Below, one piece after another: positions 38,471 through 46,621 of a stretch of 64,000 nt of DNA. Numbering within the stretch: position 1 is the stretch's first letter; the number at the start of each line of letters is the position of its first letter. This DNA is from a virus. A program made the position numbers and the translations under genes. The notes under the pieces were generated by a model. It was not told the origin of the DNA. It ran no database searches and saw only the letters and a program-made list of their open reading frames with translations. Location of the stretch: positions 64,001 through 128,000 of the IMG/VR virus record IMGVR_UViG_3300032224_000970. One strand, 5' to 3'.

Positions 38471-39850
38471 ATGGCTGGATATAATTACGATAAACTTGGT
38501 GTTACTGCCAAAAAGATAACTGAGTACTTAACGAAGAAGGGTGTTAAAGCATCCGTCAAAGTATCACGTTATCAAAAAGAAATCAAGGCAGTTGAAGTCG
38601 CAGCACCTGTTCCCTTAGAGACATTCTTAAAAGATAATGCCATCGCAGGCAAGATAACAGATCTAACATCTGTTGAAGAGAAGTCTATCTCTGGTAAGTA
38701 TAAAGCAAAACTGGTTACAATCACTACTGCTAACACTGCAGTTGCTAAAGGTGAAATGTTCTTTCTCGTTAATACCTATACAGAGAAAGGTAGCCTGAAG
38801 ACAAAAGATCTGGCACCAGAAAAGTTTAATCTTACAACAAGTAAATTCTCAACTGCAGTTGAGTTTGATAATGCAGTTACCAAAGGCATCAAGGGAAATA
38901 ATACACTTCCCCTTGATATCAAAAATACAATCACAGAGTTATATAAAAGTGTAGCTGCGAATACAGCTACAAAAGATCTAGTCCCATTCAATGCTGCTGC
39001 AAAGAAAGCGATGGCTCTTGTTAAGCCACAAGATAAACAAGCCATCGGTAAAGACTTCGGTGAAATTCTTTCGATGCGTTGGTATATCACACAGTCATGG
39101 GCATCTACTTGGAAAGAATGTTTCTTCTCACAGATCAGTAACGAAGCATTGGTAGACTTCGTTGTAATGAAGAAGGAAGGTAAAGAGATAGTCAAGAAAG
39201 ATATCTCTGCCAAATTTGAAGCAGGTGCTGCACCATCTATCGGTGCGATCGTTGGTAAAATTGACGAAGTCTATAAAGCACCACTTGCCAATGAGAAAGT
39301 TGCTATCGGAGTGTTACAAGCATTGGCTGCTGATGGAGCAAACACTTCAACTAAAATTCTCGCTGCGATGAAGACTATCAACCATCCAGCATATAAAGTC
39401 CTACAAAAAATTGTTGGTAAGAAAACAGCTTTCACCATACAGGATATTTCTGAACATATTGCTGCGATTGCTAAAGCAGGAAAGACTGCTGATGCCAGAA
39501 TCAAACTATTCAAGACTGCCTATAAAGAATACTATGATGTTCTCGGTAAGAATGCCAGTGAGGATTCTATCTCTGTTGTTTTCTCAGCACCAACATTCAA
39601 AAAATATTATTCATTGGTCATGGCACCGATGGGTTATGCGTTAGTTGATTATATGAATAAACAGGCAGTTTATCAGGATATTCTGAATAAGATTAGCCAG
39701 CAAATGAAGACCGAGCAGGTTTACCTGGACTTTATTGGCGAGAATATGAGGTTCACCAAGAAACTATTCTCCAAAGCCAGCTTTAAATTCGCCTACGGAG
39801 CCAACGCCAAGGACTCGGACAATACAGGCATTAAATTCTCTATGTTATAA
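38471..39850 (+). CDS. Lys/Ala-rich hypothetical protein, possible restriction-endonuclease-like fold
   Basis: KDFGEIL...SNEALVDF...DISAK; late promoter CTAAATA at 38440. Confidence 0.5.
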   Translation: MAGYNYDKLGVTAKKITEYLTKKGVKASVKVSRYQKEIKAVEVAAPVPLETFLKDNAIAGKITDLTSVEEKSISGKYKAKLVTITTANTAVAKGEMFFLVNTYTEKGSLKTKDLAPEKFNLTTSKFSTAVEFDNAVTKGIKGNNTLPLDIKNTITELYKSVAANTATKDLVPFNAAAKKAMALVKPQDKQAIGKDFGEILSMRWYITQSWASTWKECFFSQISNEALVDFVVMKKEGKEIVKKDISAKFEAGAAPSIGAIVGKIDEVYKAPLANEKVAIGVLQALAADGANTSTKILAAMKTINHPAYKVLQKIVGKKTAFTIQDISEHIAAIAKAGKTADARIKLFKTAYKEYYDVLGKNASEDSISVVFSAPTFKKYYSLVMAPMGYALVDYMNKQAVYQDILNKISQQMKTEQVYLDFIGENMRFTKKLFSKASFKFAYGANAKDSDNTGIKFSML

Positions 39851-39853
39851 TAA

Positions 39854-39944
39854 CCCTACTGGCAGTAGGGTTTTGCAATAAAGTGCTTTACTTTAATTGC
39901 AAAATAGGGTATAATAGGTGTGTAGTTAGGGGGAAACCTAAATA
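39854..39944 (+). promoter_or_regulatory. early promoter cassette copy 4 (CCCTAC-N5-GTAGGG, TTTACT-17-TATAAT) followed by late promoter CTAAATA
   Basis: Palindrome at 39854-39870, -35 at 39887, -10 at 39910, late box at 39938-39944. Confidence 0.7.
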
Positions 39945-39969
39945 ATAGATCTAGTAAGAGGAGACGGAC

Positions 39970-41208
39970 ATGAAGTCGTTTAAGGGTTATTTACTCGAAG
40001 CCAAAGATGCCCAAGGGCATGGCTCCGATAGCGAAGGTGATAAGTTAAAGCATATTCACCATGCCGAAGATCGTCCATTGATGCATGGTCACGAAGGTTT
40101 TGAACATGCACATGGTGCGTTGAGCCAAGCCCATGAACATATGAAGGCTGGTCAAAAGAATTCAAACCTGACAATGAAGTATGATGGATCGCCATCAGTT
40201 GTGTTTGGTCATCATCCAAAGTCTGGTAAATTTTTCGTTGCTTCAAAATCCGCATTCAATAAAGATCCAAAATTAAATTATAGTCAAGCTGACATTCAAA
40301 AGAATCATGGTCATGCTCCAGGACTTGTTCAGAAACTTGGTGCTGCTCTACAACATCTTCCAAAAGTTGCTCCAAAGAAAGGTGTTTATCAAGGTGACTT
40401 GATGCACTCGCATGATGATGTAAAGCATGATAAGAAAACAGGTAAGGCTACCTTTACACCAAACACTATTACGTATACTGCTTCTGGTGATGAAGCAAAG
40501 AAACGTGCTCAATCTAAAGTAGGTGTTGTTGTTCATCAGAAATACGAGCATGGTAAAGATAATGAGTTGCACAATATGCATGCTACTCCGCATCCTGATA
40601 CTCACAACTTCGGTTCACATAGTGATGTTCATTTGCAATCAGCTGAGCATGACACCAGCAAGGTAAAGTATTCTGATAAAGATCAGAAAGAATTTCATGG
40701 TCATATGAAAGCTGCACAAGATATTCACAGTAAGCATGGTTCAAAAATGTATGGTGCTATTCATCCTACGCATGCTGGTGAAGGTGGTCATCTTGGCACT
40801 TACATTAACTCAACTGTTCGCACTGGTGAAACGCCATCTGCAAAAGGTTTCCAACAGCATATGACTGGTCAATTTGAGAAAGGTGCACAGAAGTTGAAGT
40901 CTGAAGCAGGTCAGACTAAGAAACGTGCTGAAGGTGCTTCGCATGTTGCACATATTGAAAAGAATAAACAACACTATGAGAATCTACTAAAGATGCATGG
41001 TCATCTAGGTAAAGCAAAGGATACATTAGTTCGCAATTTGAATCAGCATTCAGGTGGACTTGAACATCATATCGATAACAATAAAACAGATCCAGAAGGT
41101 TTCGTTATTAACCATACTCGCAATGGTAAGACTGAACCAACTAAACTTGTAAATCGTGCAGAGTTTAGTAAAGCGAATCTGTTAAAAGTAAAGGCATGGA
41201 AGAAATGA
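39970..41208 (+). CDS. His-rich DUF6267-like protein with ligase-type nucleotidyltransferase motifs; probable internal head protein
   Basis: MKSFKGYLLE leader; KYDGSP, FFVASKSAFN, YQGDLM, PEGFVI and TKLVNRAEFS. Confidence 0.7.
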   Translation: MKSFKGYLLEAKDAQGHGSDSEGDKLKHIHHAEDRPLMHGHEGFEHAHGALSQAHEHMKAGQKNSNLTMKYDGSPSVVFGHHPKSGKFFVASKSAFNKDPKLNYSQADIQKNHGHAPGLVQKLGAALQHLPKVAPKKGVYQGDLMHSHDDVKHDKKTGKATFTPNTITYTASGDEAKKRAQSKVGVVVHQKYEHGKDNELHNMHATPHPDTHNFGSHSDVHLQSAEHDTSKVKYSDKDQKEFHGHMKAAQDIHSKHGSKMYGAIHPTHAGEGGHLGTYINSTVRTGETPSAKGFQQHMTGQFEKGAQKLKSEAGQTKKRAEGASHVAHIEKNKQHYENLLKMHGHLGKAKDTLVRNLNQHSGGLEHHIDNNKTDPEGFVINHTRNGKTEPTKLVNRAEFSKANLLKVKAWKK

Positions 41209-41870
41209 TATCATTCAAAGATTATATAAAAGAAGGTAAGCGTGGCTTGTGGGATAACATTCACGCTAAGAGAGAAAGAATTAAAAATGGTTCAGGTGAG
41301 CGTATGCGTAAACCTGGAAGCAAAGGTGCTCCCACTGCTGCTGACTTTAAAGCATCTCAAGAATCTTTTGAACAAACATTAAGTATGTTAGAAGAAGCAG
41401 CAAAAGCAATTGATAGTGGTGAGTATGATTACGAAGGTCAAATGGCTCGCACTCAACTTCAAACTATCTTGCGCAATTCCAAAGATTTAATTGATATGTT
41501 ATCTGATGAAGATAACATGCCAGAGTGGGTTCAGTCAAAGATTACCTTGGCTCAAGACTATATTACTTGCGTAAGAGATTATCTTCAGTCTAAAGAAGAA
41601 CTTGGTGAAGCAGCTACTGCAGATGCAAAAGGTTACAAGAGTGCTACTGGTGGTTTGACGCAGAAGGGTCGTGATCACTACAACAACACAGAAGGTGGAA
41701 ACCTTAAAGCACCAGTTACTACACCACCAAGCAAACTAAAGGCTGGTAGTAAAGCTGCTAATCGTCGTAAGTCTTTCTGTGCCAGAATGTCTGGTGTAGA
41801 TGGTCCAATGGAGAAACCAAATGGCGAGCCAACAAGAAAGGCACTCGCACTAAGAAAGTGGAACTGCTAA
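41205..41870 (+). CDS. three-module probable internal head protein (C-terminal DUF6321-like)
   Basis: MISFKDYIKE leader; GLWDNIHAKR, PEWVQSKITLA and GGLTQKGR...RRKSFCARM modules. Confidence 0.65.
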   Translation: MISFKDYIKEGKRGLWDNIHAKRERIKNGSGERMRKPGSKGAPTAADFKASQESFEQTLSMLEEAAKAIDSGEYDYEGQMARTQLQTILRNSKDLIDMLSDEDNMPEWVQSKITLAQDYITCVRDYLQSKEELGEAATADAKGYKSATGGLTQKGRDHYNNTEGGNLKAPVTTPPSKLKAGSKAANRRKSFCARMSGVDGPMEKPNGEPTRKALALRKWNC

Positions 41871-42502
41871 TGAAATCATTTACCACGTTTATAAAAGAAG
41901 CTAAAGATGCCCAAGGGCATGGCTCAGAGAAGCATGGAGTAATGGCATTTGGACGTATGAATCCTCCAACTGCAGGACATGAACAAGTTGTTAACAAGAT
42001 GCATGAGGTTGCCAAGAAACATGGTGCAGATCACAATCTAGTTCTATCTGGCTCACATGATGCAAAGAAAAATCCACTGTCTCCAGAATCAAAAGTAAAG
42101 CATGCAAAGAATGCTTTCCCAGGAACTAATATCTCCTCTGCTAAAAAAGGAGAAACACCACTACATGCTGCTGCTAAAATGCATGCCTCAGGTGTTCAAC
42201 ATTTACACGTAGTTGCTGGTTCAGATCGTCAAAAATCAACACATGATCTACTTCACAAATATAACAATGTGAAGTCTGCGCATGGTCACTATAACTTCAA
42301 ATCCATTACTGTTCATTCATCTGGTGATCGTGATCCAGATTCAGATGAGGGAACTGCTGGTGTCTCTGGTACTAAGATGCGTGAACATGCTTCAACTGGT
42401 AACAAGAAAGACTTCCATAAAAACTTACCATCGAAAATGAAGCCAGAGCATAGGGATGCTTTGTATCATGACCTACGTAGTTCTATGGGACATAAAGATT
42501 AA
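41870..42502 (+). CDS. His-rich cytidyltransferase-like (HxGH-family) nucleotidyltransferase
   Basis: FGRMNPPTAGH, KNPLS, VVAGSDR, GDRDPD and SGTKMR. Confidence 0.85.
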   Translation: MKSFTTFIKEAKDAQGHGSEKHGVMAFGRMNPPTAGHEQVVNKMHEVAKKHGADHNLVLSGSHDAKKNPLSPESKVKHAKNAFPGTNISSAKKGETPLHAAAKMHASGVQHLHVVAGSDRQKSTHDLLHKYNNVKSAHGHYNFKSITVHSSGDRDPDSDEGTAGVSGTKMREHASTGNKKDFHKNLPSKMKPEHRDALYHDLRSSMGHKD

Positions 42503-43305
42503 TGAGCGAACTAAGTGACTTCCTTAAACTTATTGCAGAGGGTAAGAAAACAGATCCAGTTGCAGTAAAGGCGAAAGAACAACGAGAGTATATACAAGAA
42601 GTTGTTAAGGAAGATCTCGGATCATTGTTTAGTCAATTAGCGACACTTAAGAACAAACAAAAAGAAGTACAGGTTCAAGCACCAATCGTTGAAGAGGTGT
42701 TGATAGAAAGAATCTATACAGAACCACCAACTGAACCTATTCCCGCTGCACAGGTTCACTCTACTTCTGAGATCGATAAGTATCTCACTACAAAATCTTT
42801 TCAACAACCAAACCCAGATAAAGTTTCTCCAGAGTTAAAGGCACTTACTGAGAAAGTTAAATTCTTAGAGCAAGCAATCGGACGTATTGCTGCAACTGGT
42901 CCAGGATCTGGTGAAGTAAACCTTCGTTGGTTAGATGATGTAAAGCGTGACACTATCTCAGATGGTCGTTGGTTAAAGTATGATGATTCTCTTAAAAAAT
43001 TCGTATTCGATGAAATCAATCCTTACGAAGTAGTATATAATACAACTCATGTTACAACTCCAACCTATACTGTTCAGGATAATGACTTTTATATTGGAGT
43101 CGACTACGCTGGTCCAGTAACCATAAATCTACCAGTATCTGCAAATTCTGGTCGTATGTTGATCATCAAAGATGAAGATGGCGACGCAGAAACAAACCCT
43201 ATTACTGTCCTCGGCACTGTTGATAATGATGCTGGTGGATTCATAATTCAAATTGATAATGGAGCTATTCAATTGCTCTACAGAAATGGCTGGAGAATAG
43301 TATGA
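42502..43305 (+). CDS. putative virion structural protein
   Basis: GSGEVNLRWLDDV motif and a beta-rich C-terminus (YIGVDYAGPVTINLP...GRMLIIKDE). Confidence 0.55.
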   Translation: MSELSDFLKLIAEGKKTDPVAVKAKEQREYIQEVVKEDLGSLFSQLATLKNKQKEVQVQAPIVEEVLIERIYTEPPTEPIPAAQVHSTSEIDKYLTTKSFQQPNPDKVSPELKALTEKVKFLEQAIGRIAATGPGSGEVNLRWLDDVKRDTISDGRWLKYDDSLKKFVFDEINPYEVVYNTTHVTTPTYTVQDNDFYIGVDYAGPVTINLPVSANSGRMLIIKDEDGDAETNPITVLGTVDNDAGGFIIQIDNGAIQLLYRNGWRIV

Positions 43306-43913
43306 CATATTTGTTTACAAACAATCAAGAAGTTAAAAATGATATCGGTAATCCAATACCAGTTAGTGGTAATGTAAATGCTACAATCACTGATGTCATT
43401 ACAGTAATTGCTGAAGAACCAGCTGGTAGTCTATACTCATTTAATAATCATGCTACCAATGCTAGTCGTGGTTGGACATTGGACAACACAATGCGTCCTG
43501 TAGTTAGTTTTCAAAATGGTAGTTCCAGTGCTACAGACTTTATTGAAATTCTAGAATACGAAATAGGCAACAACAATGCTAATCAAAGTACTATTGTTTA
43601 TGAGTGGTATGAAGGTCCATTGACCATTGCAGGCGCAGCTATACCTTCTTGGACCACGTTTGGTGTACACAGTCAATATCGTGTTTATCAAGATGTATAC
43701 TCTAGTAATCAAGGTAACACCTTTACTGTTCCTGGTGGCACATACATGAGACATAGTGGCATTATTATTGGGAAAAACACTAGTGGGGATGAAGGTCCAG
43801 CTAGTATGTATGGTGGAGGAAGTCGAAATATGCTTACTCTTTGTATGAAACGAGTTGACAATGCTACCAAACTAGATGTGTGGTTTGCATTTACAATTAA
43901 AGAGCTAACATAA
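43302..43913 (+). CDS. hypothetical, probably structural, protein
   Basis: NQEVKNDIGNPIPVS; beta-rich. Confidence 0.5.
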   Translation: MTYLFTNNQEVKNDIGNPIPVSGNVNATITDVITVIAEEPAGSLYSFNNHATNASRGWTLDNTMRPVVSFQNGSSSATDFIEILEYEIGNNNANQSTIVYEWYEGPLTIAGAAIPSWTTFGVHSQYRVYQDVYSSNQGNTFTVPGGTYMRHSGIIIGKNTSGDEGPASMYGGGSRNMLTLCMKRVDNATKLDVWFAFTIKELT

Positions 43914-43965
43914 AATATAAAATGACTAAATAATAGGCTGGATTTTAATTTTATAGATGGGTCAT

Positions 43966-46158
43966 ATGAAGAACTACAGAGAACTAATAAAAGAGTTACC
44001 GTCAAATCGATTAGTCTGCACCTTTGGTGAGTTTCAACCACCCACAGCTGCTCACGAATTTCAGGTTAAGGCAGTTAAGAAACTTGCAGAAGAGTATCGT
44101 TCTGACTACCTAGTTCTAGTAACTTCATCATTAAAAGAAGATTATCTCCCAGCTGACAAAAAGGTTCAGTATATGAACCTGATGTTCCCAGTAACGAATA
44201 TCAAGATTACTGAAGGAACCATAGAACAATCCCTAAGAGAACTAAGCAGAAAATATAAAAACTTAGTTCTTGTCATCTCCGAAGATCTTACTGAGCACTA
44301 TCAGAAGATTGTCAAAAAAGCAAATCTCCCCTCTATTGAAATAATCTCCGCTGGCGATACAGACCCAGACTCGAACAAACTATGCGAGTCAGCCAAGAAA
44401 GGTGATTACACCAAATTCAAGAAGGGTTTACCTTCCAGCCTAAGAGAACTAGACAGTCGTCGCCTGATGAATGACCTTCGTCAGAACATGGGACTGGATA
44501 TGGTTAGAGAAGAAATTAAGTTTACAGTTGATGATGTTAGAGATAAGTATTTCAAAGGTGAGATATATCATATCGGAGAGATCGTTGAATCAGATGACAG
44601 CGTATATCAAATTATCAAACGTGGATCAAATCACTTACTATTGCAATCAGAAGATGGTTCCAAGGTTAGTAAGTGGATACAAGACGTTAAAACTTCTACG
44701 AGAGAATTTATGTTAAAAGAAGGCGTAATGCAACCAACAGGAACTGACCAAGTTATTCCCGCACCTACTGCTCCTGCAGTAAATGCGAATGGAGTTAAGT
44801 ATAAAGACTTCAAGAAAAAACTTGCAGGTAAAACACCAATGCCAGAGATCGATTTAGATGATCTTGATGGTGATGGAGAACACGATCCCGACCATCCTTC
44901 TGCGCAAGATCAGATGGCAGTTGCAGCGCAAACTTCTATCGATAAAGCAGAACCAATCAGAGTAGTTGGTGGTTTAATGCATAGCCCATTAAATGTTACC
45001 GATGATAACCATCGTCGTCGTAAGATCAACTATCATCTTGGCGAAGAAACTATTGATGAAGTATCTTCAGAATTACTTGATCGTTACAAAGAAAAAGCAA
45101 AGAAGTCTGCAGATGACTTAGCCAGCAAAGGACAATACAAGAAGTCTACCAATCGCTGGATGGGTGTAATGAAAGCAACTGGTAAGCAGATTGAAAAGAC
45201 AACTGCTAATATTAAAACCAGTTTGAATAAAGAAGAAACTGAACAGCTTGATGAAGTTAAATATGATAAAGAACATGTTCGTGATCATATTAGCACTATG
45301 CATCCAACAGTATTCAAGAAACTGTATGGTAAGTCTAAAGAAGAGATGAAACAAACTATCACTTCCGAAGAAAAGAATTATGAAGAAGAACCAACTAACC
45401 CAAATATCAAACTTCGTTCAGGTGCATTGAAGCATCATGAGAAGGGTGTTAAGTTAGATACTGAAGAGGGTTGGGAAGATCATAAAATGAAAGATCAGAA
45501 ACAACCAGTATGGGGAACAGGTACTAAACCTAAAGAACCATTAAAGGGTGTTGATAAAGTAAATGCTGCAGGACAAGAACCACACCCAGAAGAGTGGGAA
45601 GACTATAAAAAGAAACCTGTTAAAGAAGCACAAGAACAAAACTTTACAGATCAACAGGTAGAGCTGGATGATCTAAACGATGAAGAAATCAATCGTATGG
45701 TTGACTCTATCAAAGATGAGAACGATGTTATGGATGCATATGATGATGCCGAGTTCGGTATTGTTGATGACGAAAGTGGCGAAGAGATTCCTGAGGAAGA
45801 TAAAGCTGTCAAAGAAGAAACACTTAACGAAGTACTATCTCGTGCAGAGCGTATGCGTGCAAGAGTTCGTTTTGCAAAGAGTAGAGCCAAACGTGAACGT
45901 AGTGTAAAGTTGGCTTTGAAGAGATCTTCCAGCACACAAACTATTAACAAACGTGCACGTCGTCTTGCAATCGGTTTAATGAAACAGCGTCTACTACGTG
46001 GTAGAAATCCTTCTACTCTATCAGTTGGAGAGAAGGAACGTATTGAATCACAGATCGCAAAACGTAAAACTATTATTAATCGAATCGCCATGAAGTTGGC
46101 TCCAAGAGTTCGCCAGATTGAGAAGGCACGTCTTTCTCATAAGAAATATACACAATAA
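43966..46158 (+). CDS. multi-module protein: degenerate cytidyltransferase domain, linker-separated modules and an Arg-rich C-terminal domain
   Basis: FGEFQPPTAAH; EETIDE/V, KEETEQLDE/V and KEETLNE/V linkers; late promoter at 43926. Confidence 0.7.
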   Translation: MKNYRELIKELPSNRLVCTFGEFQPPTAAHEFQVKAVKKLAEEYRSDYLVLVTSSLKEDYLPADKKVQYMNLMFPVTNIKITEGTIEQSLRELSRKYKNLVLVISEDLTEHYQKIVKKANLPSIEIISAGDTDPDSNKLCESAKKGDYTKFKKGLPSSLRELDSRRLMNDLRQNMGLDMVREEIKFTVDDVRDKYFKGEIYHIGEIVESDDSVYQIIKRGSNHLLLQSEDGSKVSKWIQDVKTSTREFMLKEGVMQPTGTDQVIPAPTAPAVNANGVKYKDFKKKLAGKTPMPEIDLDDLDGDGEHDPDHPSAQDQMAVAAQTSIDKAEPIRVVGGLMHSPLNVTDDNHRRRKINYHLGEETIDEVSSELLDRYKEKAKKSADDLASKGQYKKSTNRWMGVMKATGKQIEKTTANIKTSLNKEETEQLDEVKYDKEHVRDHISTMHPTVFKKLYGKSKEEMKQTITSEEKNYEEEPTNPNIKLRSGALKHHEKGVKLDTEEGWEDHKMKDQKQPVWGTGTKPKEPLKGVDKVNAAGQEPHPEEWEDYKKKPVKEAQEQNFTDQQVELDDLNDEEINRMVDSIKDENDVMDAYDDAEFGIVDDESGEEIPEEDKAVKEETLNEVLSRAERMRARVRFAKSRAKRERSVKLALKRSSSTQTINKRARRLAIGLMKQRLLRGRNPSTLSVGEKERIESQIAKRKTIINRIAMKLAPRVRQIEKARLSHKKYTQ

Positions 46159-46173
46159 GAGTAGAGGGTTAAT

Positions 46174-46620
46174 ATGAATGAATTAGTAGCAGCAATGAGA
46201 ATCGTACTGGCGAATAATTTCGTCATGTACTTCAGAGCGCATTCCTACCACTGGAACGTAGAAGGTATTGAGTTTAGCCAATATCATGACTTCTTTGGAG
46301 ATCTATACAACGAACTTTTTGGTGCTGCAGATACAATAGCAGAAGAGATTCGTGCCCTAGATTCTTATGCTCCAATTAGCCTTATGGAAATGTATAACTA
46401 TAAGACTATCGAAGAGGATAGTACCAGAACTGTCCTAATCGCTGATATGTTGACCAAACTACAAGATTCTAACAATAAAGTTCTCGAAAGCCTAAATAAA
46501 GCATATGAGTTAGCAAATTCCGCAAAGGAATTGGGTCTCGCAAACTTTCTCCAGGATAGAATGGATAAACATAAGAAACATGGTTGGATGATTCGTGCCA
46601 GCCTAAAGAAGGTTGGATAA
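46174..46620 (+). CDS. dps: Dps / ferritin-like DNA protection protein
   Basis: AHSYHWNVEG..F...HDFF, DTIAEEIRAL and HKKHGWMIRA. Confidence 0.93.
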   Translation: MNELVAAMRIVLANNFVMYFRAHSYHWNVEGIEFSQYHDFFGDLYNELFGAADTIAEEIRALDSYAPISLMEMYNYKTIEEDSTRTVLIADMLTKLQDSNNKVLESLNKAYELANSAKELGLANFLQDRMDKHKKHGWMIRASLKKVG

Positions 46621-46621
46621 T

